From NCBI GenBank assembly GCA_034521815.1, contig JAXHLW010000013.1, positions 544,001 through 608,000 of the forward strand: DNA of 64,000 bases, in the 5' to 3' direction. Made by a program: the position numbers and the translations under genes. Source of the DNA: Trueperaceae bacterium. Lineage in GTDB: Bacteria > Deinococcota > Deinococci > Deinococcales > Trueperaceae. This document shows positions 21,674 through 31,414 of the stretch, in pieces. The notes beneath the pieces are model-generated. The model made no database searches and had not been told where the DNA came from. It worked only from the letters and a program-made list of their open reading frames with translations. Position 1 is the first letter of the stretch. The number at the start of each line of letters is the position of its first letter.

Positions 21674-21798
21674 TTTACAGCCTGCACGCGCGCAGGTAGC
21701 ATGCGGCCCATGTCGGTTTCGGTCCGAGCTACCTGCTAGCGACGCGCCCCTCAGCGCGTCGCCCGACGGATGACCCTCATCGCAGGGTCGTCCTTTTT
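21674..21798 (+). promoter_or_regulatory. promoter, leaderless uORF and terminator (attenuator-like leader)
   Basis: TTTACA-17-TAGCAT; ATG 21710 7 nt later (MSVSVRATC); hairpin 21739-21762; hairpin 21768-21793 followed by T5. Confidence 0.6.
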
Positions 21799-21862
21799 GT
21801 TGGTCGCGACGCCAGATCGCGACCGCTCGGGCTCTCCGCTTCCGACCGTCTGGAGGATCATC

Positions 21863-23020
21863 ATGCGACCGACCGGCGAGGTCCTGCTGCTCACCCCGGG
21901 TCCGACCCCCATCCATCCGCGAGCCCTCGCCGCCATGCAGTGGCCGATGCGGGGCCACATGGATCCCGAGGTGTTCGCCTACAACGACCAGGTCGTGGCG
22001 GACCTGACCGAGCTGTACGGCGCGCCCGAGGGCGCGTTCGCGAGCCTCCTGTCGGGCACCGGGTCGCTGGGGATGGAGGCCGGGCTGGCCAACCTGCTCG
22101 AACACGGCGACCGGCTGCTGGTCGCGTCCAACGGCGTGTTCGGCGAGCGGATGATCGAGATGGGCCGGCGGCTGGGCGCCGAGGTGAGCGTGGTGCGCGC
22201 CGAGCCGGGCGCCGCGATCGATCCGGCCGTCGTGGGCGAGGCGGCGCGGCGGCTCGAGCCGAAGGTCGTCGCGGTGGTGCACGGCGAAACCAGCACCGGG
22301 GTGCTGAACCCGCTGGCCGAGATCGCGGCCGCGGTCCGCGGCAGCGGAGCGCTGCTCTCGGTCGACGCGGTCACCACCGTCGGCATGATGCCGTTCGACA
22401 TGGCGGCGCTCGGGGTGGACTACGCCTACACCGGCTCGCAGAAGTGCCTGTCCGCGCCCCCCGGGCTGGCGCCCGTCGTGTACGGACCGGCCGCGATGGA
22501 CGCGGTCGTCGCGCGGCGCACGCCCGTCACGAGCTGGTACGCCGACGCGACGGGGATGCAAGCGTACTGGCAGCCGGGCGGCGCCCGCGCCTACCATCAC
22601 ACCGTGCCGGTGCAGCTTCATTGGGCCACCGGCGAGGCGATCCGAGCGGCGCTCGAGGAAGGCCTCGTCGCCAGGGAGGCGCGTGTCCGCTGGCTGGGAC
22701 GCGCGATCCTGGACGCCCTCGCCCCCGAGGGGTTCGCTCCGTTCGTGCCCGAGCCGCACCGGCTCCCGACCGTGCTGGCCCTGCGCCTGCCCGTCGGGCT
22801 CGACGACGCGGCGGTGCGCGGGGCGCTGCGCGGCCGGTACGCGATCAGCGTGACCGGCGGCCTCGGTCCGACGGCGGGGCGGATCTGGCGGCTGGGCCTG
22901 ATGGGCGAGAACGCGCGCTACCAGCATTACCTGCGCCTGATGGAGGCGCTGGCCGAGCTGCTGCCCGCACCGGAGCTGCCCGCCCGGTTCGAGCGCGCCG
23001 CCGCCCCGGTGGCCGCGTGA
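21863..23020 (+). CDS. class V aminotransferase (alanine-glyoxylate/serine-pyruvate family)
   Basis: [42 protein letters not shown] (PLP lysine), YHHT; GGAGG SD. Confidence 0.92.
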   Translation: MRPTGEVLLLTPGPTPIHPRALAAMQWPMRGHMDPEVFAYNDQVVADLTELYGAPEGAFASLLSGTGSLGMEAGLANLLEHGDRLLVASNGVFGERMIEMGRRLGAEVSVVRAEPGAAIDPAVVGEAARRLEPKVVAVVHGETSTGVLNPLAEIAAAVRGSGALLSVDAVTTVGMMPFDMAALGVDYAYTGSQKCLSAPPGLAPVVYGPAAMDAVVARRTPVTSWYADATGMQAYWQPGGARAYHHTVPVQLHWATGEAIRAALEEGLVAREARVRWLGRAILDALAPEGFAPFVPEPHRLPTVLALRLPVGLDDAAVRGALRGRYAISVTGGLGPTAGRIWRLGLMGENARYQHYLRLMEALAELLPAPELPARFERAAAPVAA

Positions 23021-23643
23021 CCGACGACGACGACGCCCGCAACGACGCCCGCAACGCCGAGCGAGACGACGTTCGCGAGCACCAGGCCAGCGAGCTGGCC
23101 CGGCGGCGCGCCGCGCGGGCCGGCCTGGATCTCGACACGCTCAGGCGCGACGCGCCGGACCAGTACCGGATGCTGAACGCCGAGGAGATCGTCCGGGTCT
23201 CGCCCGAGCTGGCCGAGGTCGCGGCCGAGCTGGTGTGGGAGATGTTCGAGGAGCGGCGCATCTACCGCGTGCCCGGCGAGGGCGTGGAGCGGCTGCTGGC
23301 CTTTCCGCCGCTCTCCGAGCAGGAGCTCGAGCGCTTCGACGACGCGGCGGCGGATCTGGTCGCCCGGCCGGCGTACGAGACCGAGCTGGCGTTCTTTCGC
23401 ACCGTGCGGGATCTGCGCGGCACGCGGCGCGAGCTGATGCTGCCCACCCCGCCCGAGGCGTGGCGTGGCGAGGCCGTCCTGGTCGGCCCGTTCCGCGACC
23501 GGGAGGAGGCGGAGGGCTGGCCCGCCGGACGGCTTCCGCCCGAGCTGGTGGCCGATCCGTTGCCGTACCGGGGCCGCTGGTTCTGCGACGTGTTCCGCGG
23601 TGACGAAGACCTGCTCTTTCCAGGGGACGGCTCCGCGTCGTGA
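23017..23643 (+). CDS. hypothetical protein
   Basis: GTG overlaps upstream stop; high-GC3 codon usage; acidic 208-aa product. Confidence 0.75.
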   Translation: MTDDDDARNDARNAERDDVREHQASELARRRAARAGLDLDTLRRDAPDQYRMLNAEEIVRVSPELAEVAAELVWEMFEERRIYRVPGEGVERLLAFPPLSEQELERFDDAAADLVARPAYETELAFFRTVRDLRGTRRELMLPTPPEAWRGEAVLVGPFRDREEAEGWPAGRLPPELVADPLPYRGRWFCDVFRGDEDLLFPGDGSAS

Positions 23644-23668
23644 GCCCAGGCGCCGACGAGCCGCGCGC

Positions 23669-23801
23669 TTGACGCTCGTCCGGGCCGGGGCTACAGTCTG
23701 TCGATGACGCGATTCGCTCGGACTGAAGCGTTCGTTGACTGAGCGGCGCGGGCCCACCGCGTCGCAGCGCCGCCGTTCCCGCTAGGGGACGCGGCTTTTT
23801 T
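23669..23801 (+). promoter_or_regulatory. pheST promoter with leaderless Phe leader peptide and terminator
   Basis: TTGACG-17-TACAGT; ATG 23704 6 nt later (MTRFARTEAFVD, stop 23742); terminator hairpin 23769-23795 followed by T6. Confidence 0.72.
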
Positions 23802-23863
23802 GTGGTCGCGGAGCGGCCGCCGGCCCGCCGGGTTCCGCGCCCGACCGTCCCCGAGGAGGAACG

Positions 23864-24850
23864 ATGCACGACGAAGCCCGCGCCGAGATCGAAGCCGCGA
23901 CCGACCTGCGCGACCTGCAGCAGGTCCGGGTCCGCTGGCTGGGCAAGAAGGGGCGCATCACCGCCGAGCTCAAGGGCCTCGGCCAGCTCCCGCCGGAGCA
24001 GCGTCGCGAGGCCGGGCAGCGGATCAACGTCGTGAAGCAGGAGATCCAGCAGGCGATCGAGGACCGCAAGGACCAGCTCGAGCGGGCCGAGCTGGCCCGC
24101 CGACTCGCGGCCGAGCGGGTGGACGTCACCCTGCCCGGGACCCGCGGTCCGGGCGGCGGCCTCCACCTCCTCACCAAGGTCACCAACAGGCTTCTGGACG
24201 TGTTCAGCGGCCTGGGGTACGAGGTCGTCACCGGTCCCGAGCTCGAAAGCGACCACTACAACTTCGGGGCGCTCAACTTCCCGCCCGAGCACCCCGCACG
24301 CGACGAGCAGGACACCTTCTGGGCGGAGGACGGCCGGCTGCTGCGGACGCACACGAGCCCGATGCAGGTGCGCTACATGGAGACGCACGCCCCGCCGTTC
24401 AAGGTCGTCGTGCCCGGGAAGGTGTTCCGCAACGAGGCGGTCGACGCCACGCACGAGGCGCAGTTCCACCAGCTCGAGGCGCTGGTCGTCGGTGAGCGGA
24501 TCACGATGGCCGACCTGCGCGGCGCGATCCAGGAGATGGCGGACGCGCTGTTCGGCGAGGGCACCCGGACCCGTCTGCAGCCCAGCTTCTTTCCGTTCGT
24601 CGAGCCGGGCGCCGAGTTCGCGATCTGGTGGACCCACCCCAAGACCGGCAAGGAGGAGTGGCTGGAGCTGGGCGGGTGCGGCATGGTGCACCCCAACGTG
24701 TTCGCGGCCGCCGGCTACGAGGGCGTGACCGGCTTCGCGTTCGGGTTCGGGATCGAGCGGCTGGCGATGGTGCCCTACGGCGTGCCCGACATCCGCTGGT
24801 TCTACCAGAGCGACCTGCGCGTGCTGCGCCAGTTCCGGGGCTCGCTGTGA
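23864..24850 (+). CDS. pheS: phenylalanine--tRNA ligase alpha subunit
   Basis: HPARDEQDTF, LRTHTSPMQ, FRNE, FPFVEP, GFAFGFGIERL. Confidence 0.98.
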   Translation: MHDEARAEIEAATDLRDLQQVRVRWLGKKGRITAELKGLGQLPPEQRREAGQRINVVKQEIQQAIEDRKDQLERAELARRLAAERVDVTLPGTRGPGGGLHLLTKVTNRLLDVFSGLGYEVVTGPELESDHYNFGALNFPPEHPARDEQDTFWAEDGRLLRTHTSPMQVRYMETHAPPFKVVVPGKVFRNEAVDATHEAQFHQLEALVVGERITMADLRGAIQEMADALFGEGTRTRLQPSFFPFVEPGAEFAIWWTHPKTGKEEWLELGGCGMVHPNVFAAAGYEGVTGFAFGFGIERLAMVPYGVPDIRWFYQSDLRVLRQFRGSL

Positions 24851-27289
24851 ACGTTCCCGTCTCCTGGCTGGCCGAGCTGGTCGGCGATCTTCCAGACGTG
24901 GCGCGCCTGACCGACCTGCTGCCCGGCCTGGGCCTGGGGGTCGAGGCGGTCCACGAGCTGCCGGCCGCGCCGGCGGGCGTCGTGGTGGCGCGGATCGTCG
25001 AGGCCGAGCCGATTCCCGGCTCGGACCACCTGACCAAGACCGTGGTCGACGACGGCAGCACGCGGCGCACCGTCGTGTGCGGCGCGCCGAACGCCCAGGT
25101 CGGCGTGCTGTCGGCGCTGGCGCTGCCGGGGACGACGCTTCCTGGCACGGGTCTGCCTGGGGGCGCGCAGTCGGGTCGAGGCGACGCCGGTTCGAGCGCC
25201 GGTTCGAGCGCAGGAGCGACGGTCGAGCGACGCGAGGTGCTGGGCGTTCCGAGCGACGGGATGCTGTGCAGCCCCCGGGAGCTGGGCGTGTACGACTACG
25301 CCGGCGGCCTGATCGTGTTCGCGGACGACGTCGCGCCGGGCACCGAGCTGAGCTCGGCGTGGCCCGCGGAGACGGTGCTGGAGCTGGAGCTCACGCCCAA
25401 CCGGGCCGACGCGTTCGGCATGCTGGGCGTGGCCCGCGACCTGGCCGCCAAGCTGGACCGTCCGCTGCGCCACCCCGCCGAGCACGACGCGCCCGGCGAC
25501 GAACAGGGCGACGACGGGCTCACCGTCGAGATCGAGGACGCCGCGGGATGCCCCCACCTGGTGCTGCAGCGCATCGACGGCCTGACGATCGGGCCCAGCC
25601 CGATCTGGCTGCAACGCAGGCTGGCGGCGCTGGGGTTGAGGCCGCGCAACAACGTCGTGGACGTCACGAACTACGTCACCTACGAGCTGGGGCAGCCGTC
25701 GCACGCGTACGACCTGCGCGTGCTCGAAGGCGGCGTGCTGCAGGTCCGCGGCGCCCGTCCCGGCGAGGAGGTCGAGCTTCTCGACGGCGAGCGCTACGAG
25801 CTGGACCCCGCCGACCTGGTCATCGCCACCGGCGCCCAGGACGGGCACGGCTCCAAGGCGGTCGGGCTGGCCGGCGTGATGGGCGGCCTGCACGACAGCG
25901 TGCGAAGCGACACGAGCTCGGTCGCGCTCGAGGTGGCGCACTTCGATCCGGTCCGGGTGCGCAAGACCGCCAAGCGGCACGGGCTTCACACCGACGCGCA
26001 CCTCCGCTTCGAGCGGGGCGTCGACCCGGCGCTGCCGCCGCGCGCCGCGGCGCACTGCGCGCGCCTGATCGCCGAGGTCGCGGGAGGCACCGTGCACCCC
26101 GCCACCAGCCGCGTGGGCGACAGCGGTCCCAGGGCCGCGATCGCGTTCCGCCCGTCGCGCGTGGAGTTCGTCATGGCGTTCGACGTGCCCGCCGAGACGC
26201 AGCGCCGCTACCTGGAGGCGCTGGGCTGCACCGTCCACGAGACCGTCCACGAGACCGTGCGTCAGGACGGCCCCGACGCCTGGTCGGTGCGAGCCGCCCA
26301 GCTGGCGGTTCGACCTGTCGATCGAGGAGGACCTGATCGAGGAGGTCGCGCGGCTCCACGGCTACGAGCACATCGGCGCGACCCGCCCCGACCTGGCGTT
26401 CGTGCCGCCCAGGACCGATCCGACCCATCGCGCCCTGCGCGACGAGCTGGCCGCCGCCGGGCTGCAGGAGACGATCGCGTACGTGTTCACCGGCGACGAG
26501 GAGCTGGCCCGCGCCCGTGCGCCCCAGGCACGCGTCCGACTCTCGAACCCGCAGGGCGTCGAGCGGTCGCGGCTGCGGACCGCGCTTCATCCCGGCCTTC
26601 TGGCGGCCGCCGCGACCAACCGGGGCGTGGACGGCCTGGCGCTGTTCGAGATCGGGCGGGCGTTCCTGGAGCACGAGGAGGAGCGGCTGGGCGTGCTGCT
26701 CTCGGGCGCCTGGGAGCGGGGAGGCTGGCGCGAGGGCACCACGGTCGACCTGTGGCGCCTGAAGGGCCTGCTCGAGACCCTCGCCGATCGGCGCCGGGTC
26801 CAGCTGACGTTCCGGCCGGCGCTGGCCGAGGAGGCGCCCATGCTTCATCCCGGCGTCGCGGCGATCGTGGCGTGGAACGGGCGCGAGATCGGCGTCGCGG
26901 GCCGGGTGCACCCCGAGGTGGAAGGGGCGTACGAGCTTCCCGAGACGTACCTGGCGGAGGTGGCGCTTCCCCTGGAGGCGCGGCGTCTCGTCGTCGGCGA
27001 GGTCGCGCGGCAGCCGTACGCCGAGCGCGACGTGGCGATCGTCGTGCCGGACGAGGTGCCGTACGCGGAGCTGGAGCGGCTCGTGGTCGACGCCGCGGGC
27101 CCGAGGCTCATCGAGGCGTTCCCGTTCGACGTCTACCTTGGAGCGCCGCTTCCCAGCGATCATCGCAGCGTGGCGGTCCGGATGCGTTGGCGCGACCCCG
27201 TCCGCGCGCTGCGCGACGAGGAGGTCGACGCTCGCCTGAGCGACGTGGTCGCGGCGGTCCGCGACGCGGGGTACGAGATTCGCGGTTGA
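24847..27289 (+). CDS. pheT: phenylalanine--tRNA ligase beta subunit (one frameshift near 26290, probably a sequence error)
   Basis: VVCGAPN, GMLCS, TPNRAD, FERGVD in the first frame; PSWRFDLSIEEDLIEEVARLHGY, LHPG, ERDVA, FDVY in the next. Confidence 0.93.
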
Positions 27290-27318
27290 CGCGCGAATCC
27301 GTGGGGTAGTGTGACGCC

Positions 27319-27870
27319 GTGAGCTGGATCGATCCGATCTTCGCCGTGGTGGTGGGCGTGATGACCGCGTTCGGCGCCACGCGTCGCATCGCCGGCCTCT
27401 GGGTCGGCGTGGGCGGCGCGATCCTGCTCCGGCCGCTGCTCGGGCTCGCGGACCAGGCGCCGTTCGCCGCGATCGGCGCCGCGCTGCTCGGGGGGCTGAT
27501 CCTGGCGCTGTTGGGCCGAAGCCTGTTCGCAGGCACGCGTACCGGCGACTGGTGGAAGCGGACCGCGGGCGCGCTGGGCGGCGCCGTGCTGGGCACGGCG
27601 CTGGTGCTGGCCCTGGTCACGTCGCTTCCGATCCAGCGCAGCCCGTTCGATCCGAATCAGCTGTACTACCCGCCCCGCGACCTCCCGGCTCTGGTCCAGG
27701 GCGCCAGCCAGCGCTCCTGGACGGTCGGCGTCGGTCGCGACGTGTTGCTGTTCCCGCTGCTGGACGCTCAGGGCGTGGTGCCCGAGCGGAGCGCTCCGGT
27801 GTTGCGAGGCCTGCACCGCTTGTTCGTGGTGGGACAGCCGTGGCGGCAGGGAGGAGGCGCAGGGTCCTGA
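27319..27870 (+). CDS. membrane protein, possibly CvpA-like
   Basis: About four hydrophobic segments, WID start, GALGGAVLG; TAGTGT 6 nt before GTG. Confidence 0.65.
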   Translation: MSWIDPIFAVVVGVMTAFGATRRIAGLWVGVGGAILLRPLLGLADQAPFAAIGAALLGGLILALLGRSLFAGTRTGDWWKRTAGALGGAVLGTALVLALVTSLPIQRSPFDPNQLYYPPRDLPALVQGASQRSWTVGVGRDVLLFPLLDAQGVVPERSAPVLRGLHRLFVVGQPWRQGGGAGS

Positions 27871-27888
27871 AGCCAGTCGACGCGAGGT

Positions 27889-28057
27889 AGCGCAAGCCCG
27901 GCCCACGGCCGGTGACGAGGTGGAGGGCCCCCGAGGTCGCGACGACACGCGACGGTCGGGGGACAGGCGCCCGCCGCGAGGCGGCGCGCCGAAAACGCGA
28001 AACGTCTGCGGGCCCCTCCCGAGACGGATCCCTCGCTCGCGTACGCATGCGGATCCC
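27889..28057 (+). ncRNA. glmS ribozyme (GlcN6P-activated), atypical variant
   Basis: AGCGC start, P1 CCGGCC/GGCCGG, GACGAGG-TGGAGG core, TGCGGG..CCCTCCC partner; immediately upstream of glmS. Confidence 0.82.
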
Positions 28058-28136
28058 CAGACGCACCATCCGGACCGACCCTCCGGACGCACGGCACACC
28101 CCGAGACACCGACTTCGAGCCCGCAGAGGAGACGTC

Positions 28137-29951
28137 ATGTGCGGCATCGTCGGATACGTCGGCCCGCGAGATGCGGCGGCCGTCGTGCTGGATGGACTGA
28201 AACGACTGGAGTACCGAGGGTACGACTCGGCAGGCATCGTCACGATCGACCCGGGCGGCCTGGTGGCCGTGAAGCGCGCCGGCAAGCTGGCCGTGCTGAC
28301 CGGCGCGCTGGCCGACACGCCGCTGTCCGGTCGCTCGGCGCTGGGGCACACCCGCTGGGCGACGCACGGCCGCCCGACGGACGCGAACGCGCACCCGCAT
28401 TTGAGCGAGGACGGCCGGCTCGCGATCGTGCACAACGGCATCATCGAGAACCATGCGGCGCTGCGCGAGCGGCTGCGCGAAGCAGGGCACCGCTTCGACA
28501 GCGAGACCGATAGCGAGGTCCTGGTGCACCTGATCGAGGAGCACTACGGCGGCGACCTGGAGGCCGCCGTGCGGGCCGCTCTGGGCGAGGTCGAGGGCGC
28601 CTACGCGCTGGTCGTCGCGCACGAAGGCCACCCCGAGATCATCGCCGCGCGGGCCACGAGTCCGCTGGTGATCGGCCTGGGCGAGGACGAGACGATCATC
28701 GCCAGCGACGTCCCCGCGCTGTTGCCGTACACCCGCACCGTCATGTTCCTGCGCGACGGCGAGATGGCGGTCGTCCGGCCGGACGTCGTCGAGGTGTCCG
28801 AGCTGGACGGCACGCCGACGGCGTTGCGGCCCGAGGAGGTGGAGTGGGACGCCGAGGCGGCCGAGAAGGGCGGCTGGCCGCACTTCATGCTGAAGGAGAT
28901 CTTCGAGCAGCCAGGCGTCCTGCAGGCCACCTTCGGCGGACGGTTCGACAGTGCGGGCGACGACGTGGAGCTGGGTCTCGACCTCGATCCGACCGAGGTG
29001 AACCGCGTGGTGATCGTGGCCGCCGGCACCGCCTCGTACGCCGGCCTGGTGGGCGAGACGCTGCTGGAGCGGCTCGGTCGCGTGCCCGCCGAGGTGGAGG
29101 TCGCCAGCGAGTTCCGCTACCGGCGGCCGGTCCTGGACGAGCGCACGCTGGTGGTGGCGGTGAGCCAGTCGGGCGAGACGATCGACACGCTCGAGGCGCT
29201 GCGCGAGGCGCAACGCGCCGGGGCTCGCACGATGGGCGTGCTGAACGTGAAGGGGTCGTCCATCGCGCGGGAGGTGGACGACGTGCTCTACATCCACGCC
29301 GGACCGGAGATCGGCGTGGCCAGCACCAAGGCGTACGTCGCGATGCTGGCCGCGTTCGCGTTGCTGGCGATCCGCTTCGGGCGGGCCCGAGGAACGCTGG
29401 CCGAGGGCGACGCGCGCGAGCTGATCGCCGCCCTGCGCGAGACGCCGCGTCAGGTCGAGGAGGCGCTCCGCCGCCGCGACGCGGTGCGCGAGGTGGCCGC
29501 CGTGGTGGCCCGGGCACGGAGCGTGCTGTACCTGGGTCGCGGACCCAACGTCGCGTCGGCCTACGAGGGGGCGCTGAAGCTGAAGGAGATCAGCTACCTG
29601 CACGCCGAGGCCTACCCGACCGGCGAGATGAAGCACGGGCCGATCGCGCTGATCGACGAGGTCACGCCGGTCGTCGCGATCGCGCCGTACGGCGAGCTGC
29701 ACGCCAAGACGCTCTCGAACCTGCAGGAGGTCCGTGCCCGCGACGGACGCGTCATCGCGATCGCCAGCGACGGCGACGACGCGATCGACTCGCACGCCGA
29801 TCACGTGCTGCGCGTCCCGAGGGTGCCCGAGCTGCTGTCGCCGATCGTGGTGGCGGTGCCGATGCAGCTGCTCGCGTACGAGGTGGCGACGCTGCTGGGG
29901 CGCGACGTCGATCAGCCGCGCAACCTCGCGAAAAGCGTCACCGTCGAGTAG
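28137..29951 (+). CDS. glmS: glutamine--fructose-6-phosphate aminotransferase
   Basis: MCGIVG, LEYRGYDSAG, GHTRWATHG, SQSGET, EGALKLKEISY, PRNLAKSVTVE. Confidence 0.99.
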   Translation: MCGIVGYVGPRDAAAVVLDGLKRLEYRGYDSAGIVTIDPGGLVAVKRAGKLAVLTGALADTPLSGRSALGHTRWATHGRPTDANAHPHLSEDGRLAIVHNGIIENHAALRERLREAGHRFDSETDSEVLVHLIEEHYGGDLEAAVRAALGEVEGAYALVVAHEGHPEIIAARATSPLVIGLGEDETIIASDVPALLPYTRTVMFLRDGEMAVVRPDVVEVSELDGTPTALRPEEVEWDAEAAEKGGWPHFMLKEIFEQPGVLQATFGGRFDSAGDDVELGLDLDPTEVNRVVIVAAGTASYAGLVGETLLERLGRVPAEVEVASEFRYRRPVLDERTLVVAVSQSGETIDTLEALREAQRAGARTMGVLNVKGSSIAREVDDVLYIHAGPEIGVASTKAYVAMLAAFALLAIRFGRARGTLAEGDARELIAALRETPRQVEEALRRRDAVREVAAVVARARSVLYLGRGPNVASAYEGALKLKEISYLHAEAYPTGEMKHGPIALIDEVTPVVAIAPYGELHAKTLSNLQEVRARDGRVIAIASDGDDAIDSHADHVLRVPRVPELLSPIVVAVPMQLLAYEVATLLGRDVDQPRNLAKSVTVE

Positions 29952-30076
29952 GGCGGACGGCCGCGATCGTGCGTCACGTCATGCGACCGTCCGCTCGCAC
30001 CGCGTAGGCTGCGGCGTGCACTGCGGCAGCGACCGCGTCACGGCTGCGATGGAGCCGGAAGGAGCCACGGCACGGA

Positions 30077-30277
30077 ATGGATCTCGACACGTTGACGGTG
30101 AAGAAACGGCTGCTGGCGCGCCTGATGCGCTGCGAGGACGCGGAGCTGCTGCACGCCATCGAGCTGCTTCTCGAGCGGACGGAGGCCACGGGCGGGGCTC
30201 CGAGCGCGATGGAGCTCGAGGCGATCCTGGGCGCCGTCGCGCACGCGCTGCGTGGCGGCGCGAGCCCGGCCAGCTGA
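30077..30277 (+). CDS. small hypothetical helical protein
   Basis: AAGGAG upstream; 66 aa; resembles the next ORF. Confidence 0.6.
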   Translation: MDLDTLTVKKRLLARLMRCEDAELLHAIELLLERTEATGGAPSAMELEAILGAVAHALRGGASPAS

Positions 30278-30386
30278 GCGCGGAGCTGAGCGCGGACGTA
30301 CGACCATGCGCGCGGTCCAGCGCCGCGCATCCGTCACCGCACGGCGAGGAGCGGTCCACGTATCGTCGCCGCATGGACACTTGGCC

Positions 30387-30602
30387 ATGATCGCGGCGGC
30401 CGGGAACCTCTCGCCGTCCGAGCGTCAGCTGCGCATCATCAATATGATCAGCGGCATCGACGATTCCGACCTTCTCGACCGGATCGAGCACATGATCGAT
30501 CTGCATCGCAGCGGCCTCAGGGCGATCGACGAGGCCGAGATGCAGGCGATCCTCGACGATCTACGGCCGGAGGGCGAAGACCGCTCGAACGCCGACGACT
30601 AG
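30387..30602 (+). CDS. small hypothetical helical protein
   Basis: ATG 30387, 71 aa; I.D.DLL..IE..I and E.QAIL pattern shared with the preceding ORF. Confidence 0.6.
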   Translation: MIAAAGNLSPSERQLRIINMISGIDDSDLLDRIEHMIDLHRSGLRAIDEAEMQAILDDLRPEGEDRSNADD

Positions 30603-31414
30603 CTTCCTCGCTCCAGCAGGATCCAGATCACGACGGCTGCGGCCGCTCCCCACAGCAGCCAGCGGCCGGTGCGTCCCTTCAGGCGCTGGCCGAGGCCACG
30701 GACCTCCTCGCGCGCCGCGCGCGTGTCGTGGCTGCGCTCGACGCGTTGCGCGCGCCTGAGGGCCTGCACGCTCTTGCCGACCTGGCCCTTGCGCCGGTAC
30801 GCGACGCCCAGGTTGTGGTGCGCGTTCGCGAACGCGTCGTCGATCCTGAGCGCGGCCTCGTACTGCGCGATCGCGTCATCGACCCGTCCGTCCTCGAGGG
30901 CGACGTTGCCCAGGTTCACCATCGCGCGCGGGTGCCTCGGATCGAGCTCGAGCGCGCGCTCGAAGCAGGCACGGGCGGCGTCGGCGTCGTCGTCCAGGAT
31001 GCGGGCCGTCCCGAGCTGCGTGAGTCGCTCGGCTTCGAACGGCCCGTCCTCGCGGCCCTCGAACGCGGCCAGCGCCTCGAGCGCCTCGTCGACGTCGCGC
31101 CGGTCCAGCGCCGTGCCGGCCGCCGCGAGCGTGACCAGGTCGTTCTCGACCTCGGACCAGTCGATCCAGTCGGGTTTCGCGTCGACCTCGGCCACGACCC
31201 GCTGGGCGCGGGACCACGCCTTCTCGCGCAGCAGCCCCTGGGCGTCGGCCAGCGCACGAATCGCGCCGCGGTCCTTCTCGCTGTCCGTCTCGGCGCCTTC
31301 GCCGACCGCGATCACGCGCAGCCGCGCGGCGTCCTCGAAGCGCCCGTCCTGGGCCACCTCGCGCCAGCGGCGTGGATCGGCCGACAGGGCTGAAACGGGG
31401 GCGTCGGCGCTCAC
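30599..31414 (-). CDS. tetratricopeptide repeat protein with C-terminal TM helix
   Basis: FERALELDP.H..AMVNLGN, YEAALRID..FANAHHNLG; GTG overlaps glgA stop. Confidence 0.88.
   Translation of the reverse strand: MSADAPVSALSADPRRWREVAQDGRFEDAARLRVIAVGEGAETDSEKDRGAIRALADAQGLLREKAWSRAQRVVAEVDAKPDWIDWSEVENDLVTLAAAGTALDRRDVDEALEALAAFEGREDGPFEAERLTQLGTARILDDDADAARACFERALELDPRHPRAMVNLGNVALEDGRVDDAIAQYEAALRIDDAFANAHHNLGVAYRRKGQVGKSVQALRRAQRVERSHDTRAAREEVRGLGQRLKGRTGRWLLWGAAAAVVIWILLERGS

Noticed and set aside
21680-21800. Glycine riboswitch before the aminotransferase
   Set aside because: No GGAGA/CCGAAG/CTCTCAGG aptamer motifs; the GCAGGTAGC/GCTACCTGC inverted repeat overlaps the -10 box so its 5' arm would not be transcribed
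23700-23860. T-box riboswitch before pheS
   Set aside because: Leader too short and no TGGNACCGCG T-box sequence; a leader peptide fits better
26280-26310. Programmed frameshift in pheT
   Set aside because: No slippery sequence; one of many scattered indels, best explained as sequencing error
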